64,000 nt of DNA from the NCBI GenBank assembly GCA_934098485.1, contig CAKOOH010000005.1, positions 11,617-75,616 on the forward strand. Reading direction: 5' to 3'. Made by a program: the position numbers and the translations under genes. Source of the stretch: an uncultured Bacilli bacterium (GTDB taxonomy: Bacteria; Bacillota_I; Bacilli_A; RF39; UBA660). Under the pieces are notes generated by a model that was not told the origin of the DNA, did no database searches, and saw only the letters and a program-made list of their open reading frames with translations. Positions 44,365-54,128 of the stretch are shown piece by piece (position 1 is the stretch's first letter; the number at the start of each line of letters is the position of its first letter).

Positions 44365-45147
44365 CTAAAAAGAAGTCCATCCGCCATCGACAGGTAAAAT
44401 GACACCATTTACATAGCTAGCATCATCACTTGCTAAAAATAGGGCAGCAGTTGCAATTTCACTAGCTTCTCCTAGTTCGGGACTACAAGCAATAACTGTT
44501 TTAGCACGATTATAACCATCCATATTTGGCATTCCCATTGAAGAACTTATATTGGTCTTAATTCCTCCTGGTGCAATGGCATTAACTCTAATTCCATCTG
44601 GCATATACATATAAGCAGTGTTCTTAGTTAAAGAATTTAAAGCTGCTTTAGAAGCACAATAAATTGCTCCTGCGCATGTATGTGATCCTCCAACTGAAGA
44701 AATATTTATAATATTACCCTTCGTTTTATTTTCTTTAAAAACATTAACAGCCTTATTCATTGCCCACATAGGACCATAAAAATTAGTTTTCATAACTCTT
44801 TCATACATTTCATCTGTGATATTTCCTACTGGACTCATATCATCCATAACACCAGCATTATTTACTAAAATATCGAAAGAGCCAAATTTCTCTAAAGCAA
44901 AATCAATCATTTTTTCATTAGTTTCCTTTAAACTAATATCGCCAGCAAATATTTCTAATTTACCTTTTTCATTACTAAGTTCATTTAATAACGCTTCTAA
45001 TTTTTCTTTTCTTCTAGCAACTGCTACCACATTCGCACCATTTTTAACGAATAATTTAGTAATTGCTTCACCCATACCAGATGAAGCCCCAGTTACTACA
45101 ACGGTTTTATTTTCTAACTTCATTTTTACATCCTCCATATTTTTCAT
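44365..45147 (-). CDS. Short-chain dehydrogenase/reductase (SDR) family oxidoreductase
   Basis: TGASSGMGEA cofactor motif, the NNAG motif and the catalytic YCASKAA (YxxxK). Confidence 0.85.
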   Translation of the reverse strand: MKNMEDVKMKLENKTVVVTGASSGMGEAITKLFVKNGANVVAVARRKEKLEALLNELSNEKGKLEIFAGDISLKETNEKMIDFALEKFGSFDILVNNAGVMDDMSPVGNITDEMYERVMKTNFYGPMWAMNKAVNVFKENKTKGNIINISSVGGSHTCAGAIYCASKAALNSLTKNTAYMYMPDGIRVNAIAPGGIKTNISSSMGMPNMDGYNRAKTVIACSPELGEASEIATAALFLASDDASYVNGVILPVDGGWTSF

Positions 45148-45215
45148 TATAAAAAAATCTTATATCAAAGTCAAACCATTTTATTTTGCTGCATATTAAG
45201 TTAATTATTCTTTCT

Positions 45216-45551
45216 TTAAAGCAAATCTGCATACTTTATTTTGACTATTTCGCAAAAATGAATATCTTTTTCATTGTCTAAAACTATTTTTTGCTGTGAC
45301 TTTAAAATCTTTGTAACCGTTCCTTTAATCATTTTAAGATATCCCTTTTGATAAATTGTAATCTCAATCGGAATAACATTAAAATATGATTCAAATATTT
45401 TACTTTCTAAATATTCCATTTGTTCATCAGAAAGAGAAGGCTTATATATTTTGGCTTTATCATTTTCAATCTCTTTAATTAAATATTTACTATTTACAAC
45501 GGAGTTAAAAGGTGCCCATTTAATCATTCCCCGATCATGCACTATGACCAC
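45216..45551 (-). CDS. YolD-like protein (accessory to a Y-family polymerase)
   Basis: Small protein immediately downstream of, and overlapping, the Y-family polymerase gene, as for yolD/yozL in Bacillus. Confidence 0.55.
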   Translation of the reverse strand: MVIVHDRGMIKWAPFNSVVNSKYLIKEIENDKAKIYKPSLSDEQMEYLESKIFESYFNVIPIEITIYQKGYLKMIKGTVTKILKSQQKIVLDNEKDIHFCEIVKIKYADLL

Positions 45552-46794
45552 CTATTTTTTTATTACGAGCTTTAGCAGTTGAATCAGCAAGTAAACTAGA
45601 AGCCTTTAAAATACTATTAGCCCCAAATTTATTTTTAATTTTATCAATAGCTTCATTTTCTTGTTTTTTCAAAGTAACCTCTTCATAAGTTTCAAACAAA
45701 TTAAGCTGCACCCCAACATTATCTGATAACTTTCCGTAGCAAAGGCTTACTTTTCTAATTGGCAAATACTCATAATACCTATCAAAAATACTTTCACAAA
45801 TATTATAAATTAAATTAACATCATCAGTCGCTGTATCTAGTTTTTGCATATGATAAAACCCACCACCAATACTTTTAGAATAACCAATACCAAGTCCAAT
45901 TAAAGAAGTATGCTTCTTATTTTCTCTTAATCTCTTTGTTAAAACATCAATCATCTCTTTAATAATAAGCATTATATTATTTTCATCATAATCTTTAAAT
46001 AAAATCTGACTGTGACTCATAGATTTATCTTTTGGTGCATAATTAAAATCACTAATTTTTGCTAAATCAATGCCATTAGCGTGATTCCAAAGTTCCTCAC
46101 CAATTACTCCAAACTTTTCTTTTAATTTATTTTTATTATAACAAGCAATATCCCCAATTTTAAATAATCCTAGTTTATTAAGCCTTTTTTCTAATCTAGA
46201 ACCAATACCCCACATTTTAGATAGGGGAGTAATATTCCATAGCTTGCTTTGCACATCATCATAAGTCCAAACCGCTATATTATCCGGAGTATGCTTAGCC
46301 TCAATATCCATTGCTACTTTAGCCATCAATAAATTGGGCCCAATTCCTGCCGTTGCTGTAAGTCCTGTTTTATCTTTAATTCTTTTTAATATTGTTTTAG
46401 CAAGTTCTAAAGAAGTCATTTTATACATCTTTAAATAATCAGTTACATCAATAAAAACTTCATCAATAGAGTACACATGCATATCTTCACTAGCTACAAA
46501 TTCTAAATAAATACTAAGAACTTCTTTACTTTTCTTTATATATAAACTCATTCTCGGAGGTACTTTTAAAATCTTAATATTTTTAGGTAGTTCATAAACG
46601 CGGCACCTACCTGGAACACCTAACTTTTTTAGATAAGGAGAAACTGCTAAAGTAATCGCTCCATTTCTATTAGGGTCACATACCACTAAAGGCACTTTAA
46701 AAGCATCCAGTCCTCTTTCTACACACTCACAAGAGGCAAAAAAACTCTTTAAATCAATGGCAATAATTTCTCTTTTAATAAATACATTATCCAT
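45535..46794 (-). CDS. Y-family DNA polymerase (DinB/UmuC/UvrX-like)
   Basis: N-terminus IIAIDLKSFFASCE with catalytic Asp. The palm/fingers/little-finger organisation is recognisable. Confidence 0.9.
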   Translation of the reverse strand: MDNVFIKREIIAIDLKSFFASCECVERGLDAFKVPLVVCDPNRNGAITLAVSPYLKKLGVPGRCRVYELPKNIKILKVPPRMSLYIKKSKEVLSIYLEFVASEDMHVYSIDEVFIDVTDYLKMYKMTSLELAKTILKRIKDKTGLTATAGIGPNLLMAKVAMDIEAKHTPDNIAVWTYDDVQSKLWNITPLSKMWGIGSRLEKRLNKLGLFKIGDIACYNKNKLKEKFGVIGEELWNHANGIDLAKISDFNYAPKDKSMSHSQILFKDYDENNIMLIIKEMIDVLTKRLRENKKHTSLIGLGIGYSKSIGGGFYHMQKLDTATDDVNLIYNICESIFDRYYEYLPIRKVSLCYGKLSDNVGVQLNLFETYEEVTLKKQENEAIDKIKNKFGANSILKASSLLADSTAKARNKKIGGHSA

Positions 46795-46922
46795 CCTTCT
46801 TCACCTCCTAATAATTATAAAACAATTGTATGATATAGTCAATTTCCAAATATTGGCATTATTCTTAACCAGTCATTTTCTTTTTGCTTTCTTTCGTTTA
46901 TAATATCTATAAAGGTGATTTT

Positions 46923-49100
46923 ATGGAAGCAGAAGTTTTAATTGGTTATGGCGCTAAAATAATAGATAAAGCCTTTTCTTATGATGTGCCTAAAAACTTA
47001 GAAGATAAACTAAAAGTCGGTATGAAAGTAGTCGTGCCTTTTGGCAAAACAACTACTAATGGTTTTGTCATTAATATTAAAAATAAAACAAGTGAAAATG
47101 AACTAAAATCCATAACCAGTATAGCAGATGAAACGTTCGTTTTAAATGATGAACTATTAAAACTCGGAAAATATATTAAAGAAACCACTTTATGCTCCCT
47201 AGTTACAAGTTATCAGTGCATGCTTCCTTCTAGTATGAAAATCAAAAATATTAAAAGTAGCTACCAAAAATATGATGAGTATCTTATCTTAAATAGTCGT
47301 GATTTAGCCAAGGACTTTATTAAGAATAATGCCCGTAAAAAGCGTGCCTTAACTTTACTTAATGATCTTCTAAATACAGATAAAGTATTAAAGAAGAACT
47401 ATTCATCCGCCATAGTAGAACCTTTACTTAATGAAAATATTATTAAAATTGTTAAAGAAAATAAATACCGCATTAATAAAACCAATGATAAAGAGACTGC
47501 TAAAAAATTAACGGATGAACAATTAAATGTCTATGAAAGTATTACTTCATCACTAAATACTAATGATATTTTTTTACTTTTAGGTGTAACTGGTTCTGGT
47601 AAAACGGAAGTATATATGCAAGTCATAGAAAAAGTTATTGCTGAAAAGAAAAATGTCATCATGTTAGTTCCCGAAATAAGTTTAAGTATGCAAATAGTAA
47701 ACCGTTTTTATGAACGCTTTGGTAGTAGTGTTGCTATTTTTCATAGTGCTTTATCTGAAGGTGAAAAATATGATGAATACCATAAAATATTAAATGGTGA
47801 TGTTCACTTAGTAGTTGGAACTAGAAGCGCCATCTTCGCGCCATTTCCTAATATCGGCTTAATCATTTTAGATGAAGAACAAAGTTCTAATTATAAGCAA
47901 GACAATAATCCTAGATATCATGCCAAAGACATTGCCATTTGGCGCAGTCAGTATCATCATTGTCCTATTATTTTAGGAAGCGCGACCCCTTCATTAGAAA
48001 GTATGGCAAGAGCAAGTAAAGGAGTATATAAACTTTTAACTTTAAAAAATAGAATTGGAAGTGCTAAACTTCCTAAAATTACTTTAGTCGATATGCAAGT
48101 AGAATATAAAAAAAGAAATATGATTGTAAGCGATAAATTAGACTCTCTTATCAAAGAAAGAATTAATAATCATGAGCAAGTTATCATCTTTTTAAATAGA
48201 AGGGGCTTTACCACTATAAAAACATGCAAAAATTGTGGTTTTACTTTTAAATGTCCTCACTGTGATATAACTTTAATTTATCATAAATCTTCTAACCATC
48301 TAAGATGCCACTACTGCGGATATACTTTATTAAATACTGATATTTGTCCTGAATGCCATGAAGAAGCCCTAACTTCATATGGCCTTGGTACAGAAAAACT
48401 AGAAGAAGAATTAAAAATAAGATATAAAGATGCTAATATTCTTAGAATGGATGCTGACACCACCAGTAAAAAGGGTAGTAGTGAAGCGATGATTAAACAA
48501 ATCGAAAATGGTGATATTGATATTATTATCGGCACGCAAATGATAAGTAAAGGTTTCGATTTTCCTAAAGTAACTTTAGTTGGTATTATTAATGCTGATG
48601 AAACTTTAAATATTCCTGATTTTCGTAGTGGTGAACGTACTTATGAATTAATAAGTCAAACCGCGGGAAGAGCCGGACGTAAAGACCTTCCCGGCGAAGT
48701 CATCATTCAAACCTTTAATCCTGAAAATAAAACGCTTTTATATGTTGCCAATAATGATTATTTAGGAATGTATAACTATGAAATGAATATTCGTAAAACT
48801 CTTAAATATCCACCATATTTTTATTTGACTATTATTAAAATTGCTTCTAAAGACTATAATATGGCCAGTAGTGAAATTTCTAAAGTTTATAGTTTTTTAA
48901 ATAAAAATTTAAATAATGTTATTATGTTAGGTCCAACTACCGCCCCAATGTTTAAAGTAAATGGTATTTACCGTTTTCAAATAATTTTAAAATATAAAAA
49001 TTATGAGTTCATCAAAAATACTTTAATATCACTTGATGATTTATATAAAACAAATACTAAAGTAAATTTAGAAATTGATAATAATCCTAGTAGACTTTAA
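46923..49100 (+). CDS. priA: Primosomal protein N' (replication restart helicase)
   Basis: Walker A GVTGSGKTEVY, DEEQ box and Cys-rich zinc-binding region (CKNCGFTFKCPHCD...CHYCG...CPEC). The ribosome-binding site AAAGGTGA precedes the ATG at 46923. Confidence 0.9.
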   Translation: MEAEVLIGYGAKIIDKAFSYDVPKNLEDKLKVGMKVVVPFGKTTTNGFVINIKNKTSENELKSITSIADETFVLNDELLKLGKYIKETTLCSLVTSYQCMLPSSMKIKNIKSSYQKYDEYLILNSRDLAKDFIKNNARKKRALTLLNDLLNTDKVLKKNYSSAIVEPLLNENIIKIVKENKYRINKTNDKETAKKLTDEQLNVYESITSSLNTNDIFLLLGVTGSGKTEVYMQVIEKVIAEKKNVIMLVPEISLSMQIVNRFYERFGSSVAIFHSALSEGEKYDEYHKILNGDVHLVVGTRSAIFAPFPNIGLIILDEEQSSNYKQDNNPRYHAKDIAIWRSQYHHCPIILGSATPSLESMARASKGVYKLLTLKNRIGSAKLPKITLVDMQVEYKKRNMIVSDKLDSLIKERINNHEQVIIFLNRRGFTTIKTCKNCGFTFKCPHCDITLIYHKSSNHLRCHYCGYTLLNTDICPECHEEALTSYGLGTEKLEEELKIRYKDANILRMDADTTSKKGSSEAMIKQIENGDIDIIIGTQMISKGFDFPKVTLVGIINADETLNIPDFRSGERTYELISQTAGRAGRKDLPGEVIIQTFNPENKTLLYVANNDYLGMYNYEMNIRKTLKYPPYFYLTIIKIASKDYNMASSEISKVYSFLNKNLNNVIMLGPTTAPMFKVNGIYRFQIILKYKNYEFIKNTLISLDDLYKTNTKVNLEIDNNPSRL

Positions 49101-49197
49101 ATTTTATCTCGGAATTCTTAATTCAAAAGATATCTTTTTTTCTTATTTTCTTTTGGAAAGTAGATTTTTTTATGATATACTGGAAAAGGTGATAAAA

Positions 49198-51690
49198 GTG
49201 GAAGACGCATTAAAAAGAATTCACGACTATAGTTTAGAAGAAATTATGGGTTTAAGATTTGCCCGTTATTCCAAATATATAATTCAAGATCGTGCTATAC
49301 CTGACGTAAGAGATGGCTTAAAACCAGTTCAAAGAAGAATTATTTATGCTATGTATCGCGATAAAAACACTTATGATAAACAATTTAAAAAATGTGCTAA
49401 TGCTGTAGGTAACGTATTAGGTAAATATCATCCACATGGAGACTCATCCGTTTACGAAGCCTTAATTCGTATGAGTCAAAAGTGGAAACAAAATCACACT
49501 TTAGTAGAAGTAGATGGTAACAATGGTTCTGTTGATGGCGACCCACCAGCAGCATATCGTTATACCGAATGTAGACTTTCTAAAATAAGTGAGGAACTTT
49601 TAAAAGATATTGATAAAGACACTGTGGTTATGGCTCCTAACTATTCTGATACCTTATTAGAGCCTACCGTTTTACCGGCTAAATTTCCTAACCTTTTAGT
49701 TAATGGAACTAACGGTATTTCCGCTGGGTACGCTACTAACATACCACCTCATAACTTAATTGAAGTATGTGATGCTATTATTAAAAGAATAGATAGTCCT
49801 AATTGTCATGATGAATCTATTTTTGAAATAATAAAAGGACCCGATTTTCCTACTGGTGGCATTGTTGAAGGAACTGATGGAATTATATCAGCCTTTAAAA
49901 CTGGTAAAGGAAAACTTATTGTTAGATCAAAATATACCTTTGAAAAAAATAAAGGTAAAGAGCAAATTATAATTACTGAAATACCTTTTGAAGTTAATAA
50001 ACGTGTTTTAGTTGAAAAAATTGATGAAATAAGATATGAAAAAAAATTAGATGGCATTGCGGAAGTAAGAGATGAATCTGATAAAGAATCATCAATCAGA
50101 GTTGTAATTGATTTAAAACAAGGCACTGATAAAGATTTAGTATTAAAATATCTACTTAAAAATACTGACCTTCAAACATCATACAACTACAACATGGTAT
50201 GTATAGATAAACGTAGACCACGACTTTTAGGTATTATTCCTATTATCGATGCTTATATTGATCATCAAAAAGATGTTGTAACTAAAAGAACTAAATTTGA
50301 TTTAGATTTTGCCTTAAAAGAAATGCATATAACTGAAGGATTAGTTAAGGCTATCAGTATTTTAGATGAAGTAATCGCTGTCATTCGCGGTAGTCAAAAC
50401 AAGCAAGATGCTATCATGAACTTAGTTAAAAAATATGATTTTACCGAAGAACAAGCAACTGCAATCGTTATGCTTCAGTTATATAGACTTACTAATACTG
50501 ATATAACTATATTAGAAGAAAAATTAGAAAACCTACGTAAAATCATTAATGAATTAAATCTAATTTTAAGTGATGAAAACAAATTAAAATTAGTAATTAA
50601 GGAAGAACTTCGCCGTATTAAAAAAGAATATGGCACTCCTAGAAAAACAGAAATTTCAAATTTTGTTACCGAACTTAAAATTGACGAAAAAGACTTAATT
50701 ACTAAAGAAGATGTTATTATCATTTTAACTAAAGATGGTTACTTAAAAAAAGTAAGTAAAAAATCTCATGATAGTAATGATGGTGAAACAGCCCTAAAAC
50801 CAGGCGATTACGTTATAAATTACTTACAAACTAACACTTTAAATAAATTATGCATATTTACATCTCTAGGAAACTACTTGTATATTCCTATTCATGAAAT
50901 ACCATCATGCAAGTGGAAAGATTTAGGTAAACATGTAAGTAATATTGTAACTATGAATCCTGATGATAAAGTAGTAAATGCTTATGTTATTAATGAAGAA
51001 ATTACCAACCCAATTGTAACTTTCTTTACTAAAGATGGCATGGTAAAACAAACTTCCCTAAATGATTTCATTGTTAGTCGTTATAATAAAGTATATACCG
51101 CGATGAAAATTAAAGATAACGATGAAGTAGTAAACGTTTGGATCACTAAACCATATACATTAATAATTACGGAAAGTGGCTACTATCTAAATTATAATAC
51201 TAGTGAAATACCTGTAAGTGGTGCAAAAACTAGTGGCGTAAAGGGAATTAATTTAAAAGAAGACCATGTTGTAGCAGGTTTAACATTTACCGATGATGAT
51301 GAATATATTGATATATTTACAAATAAAGGAACAGCTAAACGTATTAAACTAAAAGATTTAAATACTTTATCAAGAGCCAAAAGAGGTACTACTTTAATTA
51401 AAAAAGTAAAATCAACTAACTATGAAGTAATTAATGCTATGATTGCTAGCACTAAAGATGTAATCGGTTTATTATCTGGTAATGAAATTAATTATTTAAA
51501 AAATAGTGAAATTGCTATCATGGATTTAACATCAACTGGGTCTGTCATTACTAAGCAAAAAATAGATAAAGTCTTCATCTTAAAAGAATTAAAAGTCATT
51601 ATTGATAAAAATGCCGAAACAATTCTTCCTAAAGATGAACAAGCAACCGAAATGACCATTGATGATTTCCTAGATGATTTTAAATTATAG
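49198..51690 (+). CDS. parC: Type IIA topoisomerase subunit A. Probably topoisomerase IV ParC, since no GyrA-box and no adjacent B subunit are seen.
   Basis: EEIMGLRFARYSKYIIQDRAIPDVRDGLKPVQRRIIYAM is the canonical GyrA/ParC N-terminus. The GTG start at 49198 is preceded by AAAGGTGA. Confidence 0.8.
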   Translation: MEDALKRIHDYSLEEIMGLRFARYSKYIIQDRAIPDVRDGLKPVQRRIIYAMYRDKNTYDKQFKKCANAVGNVLGKYHPHGDSSVYEALIRMSQKWKQNHTLVEVDGNNGSVDGDPPAAYRYTECRLSKISEELLKDIDKDTVVMAPNYSDTLLEPTVLPAKFPNLLVNGTNGISAGYATNIPPHNLIEVCDAIIKRIDSPNCHDESIFEIIKGPDFPTGGIVEGTDGIISAFKTGKGKLIVRSKYTFEKNKGKEQIIITEIPFEVNKRVLVEKIDEIRYEKKLDGIAEVRDESDKESSIRVVIDLKQGTDKDLVLKYLLKNTDLQTSYNYNMVCIDKRRPRLLGIIPIIDAYIDHQKDVVTKRTKFDLDFALKEMHITEGLVKAISILDEVIAVIRGSQNKQDAIMNLVKKYDFTEEQATAIVMLQLYRLTNTDITILEEKLENLRKIINELNLILSDENKLKLVIKEELRRIKKEYGTPRKTEISNFVTELKIDEKDLITKEDVIIILTKDGYLKKVSKKSHDSNDGETALKPGDYVINYLQTNTLNKLCIFTSLGNYLYIPIHEIPSCKWKDLGKHVSNIVTMNPDDKVVNAYVINEEITNPIVTFFTKDGMVKQTSLNDFIVSRYNKVYTAMKIKDNDEVVNVWITKPYTLIITESGYYLNYNTSEIPVSGAKTSGVKGINLKEDHVVAGLTFTDDDEYIDIFTNKGTAKRIKLKDLNTLSRAKRGTTLIKKVKSTNYEVINAMIASTKDVIGLLSGNEINYLKNSEIAIMDLTSTGSVITKQKIDKVFILKELKVIIDKNAETILPKDEQATEMTIDDFLDDFKL

Positions 51691-51736
51691 TCTAAAAACC
51701 ACTTATTAAAAATATAATTTAATAGGTGGTTTTATA

Positions 51737-52108
51737 ATGGATAAAAAAGAAGAATTTAAAAGTTTTGTCCAAAAGCATCCCGAACTAGTATCATATATTA
51801 AAGATAAGAAAAATACTTGGCAAGATTTTTACGAAATTTATGATATGTACGGTGATGATAAAAAAGTTTGGGATAAATATAAAGATGAAAGTCCTTTAAA
51901 CGAAGAAGAAAGTAGGGCTAAAAGTACATCTTTAGCCGAGCTAGCTAGTTTAGTTAAAAATATTAATATTGATAATGTTCAAAAATATATCAATAATGCC
52001 CAAAAGGCCATAAATGTAATTCAAGAACTTACCAGTAAGAATCCTGTAAAAACAGAAAACGTTATTCCTAAAAGTCCTAGGCCCATAACCAAATTTTTTG
52101 GTGATTAA
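51737..52108 (+). CDS. YlbD-like small protein
   Basis: 123 aa with a conserved acidic N-terminus. It is adjacent to a YlbE-like ORF, as in the Bacillus ylbD-ylbE pair. Confidence 0.45.
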   Translation: MDKKEEFKSFVQKHPELVSYIKDKKNTWQDFYEIYDMYGDDKKVWDKYKDESPLNEEESRAKSTSLAELASLVKNINIDNVQKYINNAQKAINVIQELTSKNPVKTENVIPKSPRPITKFFGD

Positions 52109-52329
52109 TGAAAACAGAAATTTTAATAAAAATTAATAATGATAAAAATCTTCATGATTATTTAAGAAAAAATTCTTATTGGTATAAATATTTAAATCGC
52201 AGTGATAAATATTATAAAGATTTACTAAGCGAGTATAAAAAAGATAAACGAAATGAAAAAGCAAATAAAGTAACTGACACTTTAAGTACATTAGATACCG
52301 TTAATACTATCTTTAAAATGCTAAAATAG
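52108..52329 (+). CDS. YlbE-like small protein
   Basis: 73 aa, Lys/Tyr-rich, translationally coupled (TAATG) to the previous ORF. Confidence 0.45.
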   Translation: MKTEILIKINNDKNLHDYLRKNSYWYKYLNRSDKYYKDLLSEYKKDKRNEKANKVTDTLSTLDTVNTIFKMLK

Positions 52330-52383
52330 CATTGACTTTACTTACTACTTTTTATATAATTTATTTAGAAAGTAGGAGAGAGA

Positions 52384-52905
52384 ATGAAAAATAAAAAAGG
52401 TTTTACTTTAGTAGAATTATTAGCAGTTATCGTTGTTTTAGCAATTATCATGATTATCGCTGTACCATCTGTATTAAATAGTATGACAGATGCTCGTAGA
52501 AACTCATTTGCTGTTTATGGTGAAAAACTAATTAACTCAGCACAAGCACAATCTCAAGCAACTGCCATGGTTAATGGAACAATAAAAAAATGTTATACTG
52601 TTAGCGAATTAGTTGATGGTGCTCATGGTACATACGAAGGCTACGTTCAAAGACTAGTTCATGGTGAAAAAGAATATTATTTCTTAACGCTAAGAGATGC
52701 TAACTATGCTGCCGTAAATATACTTGCTCAAGAACTTGAAGCAGTAAAATCAGGCGTACAAACTACATATAAAACCCATGTAATTGTTGGAAGAGACACA
52801 ATTGATGCTGATACAGAAGGAAAGAAAGTTGACTTTACAAAATGTCCTGAAACACCTACTGTATCTGAGACTGATATTCCAAACACAACAACAACAACTT
52901 CTTAA
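52384..52905 (+). CDS. Type IV pilin-like protein (MKNKKG|FTLVELLAVIVVLAII), Thr-rich C-terminus
   Basis: Class III signal peptide with Glu at +5. Ribosome-binding site AGGAGAGAG. Confidence 0.7.
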   Translation: MKNKKGFTLVELLAVIVVLAIIMIIAVPSVLNSMTDARRNSFAVYGEKLINSAQAQSQATAMVNGTIKKCYTVSELVDGAHGTYEGYVQRLVHGEKEYYFLTLRDANYAAVNILAQELEAVKSGVQTTYKTHVIVGRDTIDADTEGKKVDFTKCPETPTVSETDIPNTTTTTS

Positions 52906-52963
52906 TAAAAAAGTTCAGTTTGAAACTGACTTTTTTTGTGTTATAATCTTTATGGTGATTTAA

Positions 52964-53839
52964 ATGATAATCGGTTCACATGTAAGATTTAAAAATGATC
53001 AATTACTTGGAAGTGTTAATGAATCTCTTAGTTATGGCTCTAATGCTTTCATGTTTTATACTGGTGCTCCTCAAAATACCGTGCGTTCTAGTATTAATGA
53101 TGAATATACTTTTTTAGCGCTAAATAAAATGAAAGAAAATAATATCTCTTTAGAAAATGTTATATGTCATGCGCCTTATATCATCAACTTAGCAAATAAT
53201 ATGGAGCCAGAAAAGTATGAATTTAGCATTGAATTTTTAAGAAAAGAATTAGATAGATGTAAACAAATGCAAATAAAATATATTGTTCTTCATCCTGGAT
53301 CTGCTGTTAAGCATGATAAAGTAACCGCTATAAGTAATATTATAAATGGTTTAAATAAAGTTATTAGAAAAGACGATGTAACTACTATTTTACTCGAAAC
53401 AATGGCGGGAAAAGGCACTGAAATAGGTTCTAAGATGGATGAATTATGGTCTATAATTAAAAATATCGAATTAAAAGACCACATCGGTGTCTGTTTAGAT
53501 ACTTGCCATTTAAATGATTCTGGAGTTGATTTAAAAGAATTCGACCGTTACTTAGAGTTATTTAATAAGTATATTGGCATCGATAAAATAAAATGTATTC
53601 ATATAAATGATTCTAAAAACGCGTTAGGTTCCCATAAAGATCGCCATGAAAATATTGGTTATGGCACGATTGGCTTTGATACTTTAATGAATATAATTAA
53701 TCATCCCAAATTAAAAGATGTTCCTAAAATATTAGAAACACCATATATTAATGATAAACCTCCATACAAAGAAGAAATCGCTATGATCAAAAGTGACACT
53801 TTTAATGACAACCTAATTATGGATGTTATAAATAACTAA
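52964..53839 (+). CDS. nfo: Endonuclease IV (AP endonuclease family 2)
   Basis: TIM-barrel AP endonuclease with conserved His/Asp/Glu metal ligands (HAPYIINLA, VLHPGS, CLDTCH, IHINDS). Confidence 0.9.
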   Translation: MIIGSHVRFKNDQLLGSVNESLSYGSNAFMFYTGAPQNTVRSSINDEYTFLALNKMKENNISLENVICHAPYIINLANNMEPEKYEFSIEFLRKELDRCKQMQIKYIVLHPGSAVKHDKVTAISNIINGLNKVIRKDDVTTILLETMAGKGTEIGSKMDELWSIIKNIELKDHIGVCLDTCHLNDSGVDLKEFDRYLELFNKYIGIDKIKCIHINDSKNALGSHKDRHENIGYGTIGFDTLMNIINHPKLKDVPKILETPYINDKPPYKEEIAMIKSDTFNDNLIMDVINN

Positions 53840-54119
53840 TATATTTCTTAATTAATTTTTCAATTTTTTGAAAGTTTTCTTCGGAAAACTTTTCTTTATA
53901 TGCACTAAGATCAAAACTATCTCTATTTTTTATAACTTCCCGATAATTATTCTTAATAAAATTATAAACAAAATCGGTTTCCTCATCACTTAAAGCAATA
54001 TCATTCTTATAAGCAAAGTCTCTAACATTACTTACGCTCATATTTCTTACATACAAATCAATAATATCCATATCTTCACCCTTATATATCATATGTAATA
54101 AATTCTTAAAATAAACCAT
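53826..54119 (-). CDS. Hypothetical small protein
   Basis: 97-aa ORF convergent with nfo. The start is uncertain. Confidence 0.35.
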   Translation of the reverse strand: MVYFKNLLHMIYKGEDMDIIDLYVRNMSVSNVRDFAYKNDIALSDEETDFVYNFIKNNYREVIKNRDSFDLSAYKEKFSEENFQKIEKLIKKYISYL

Positions 54120-54128
54120 AATAAAAAT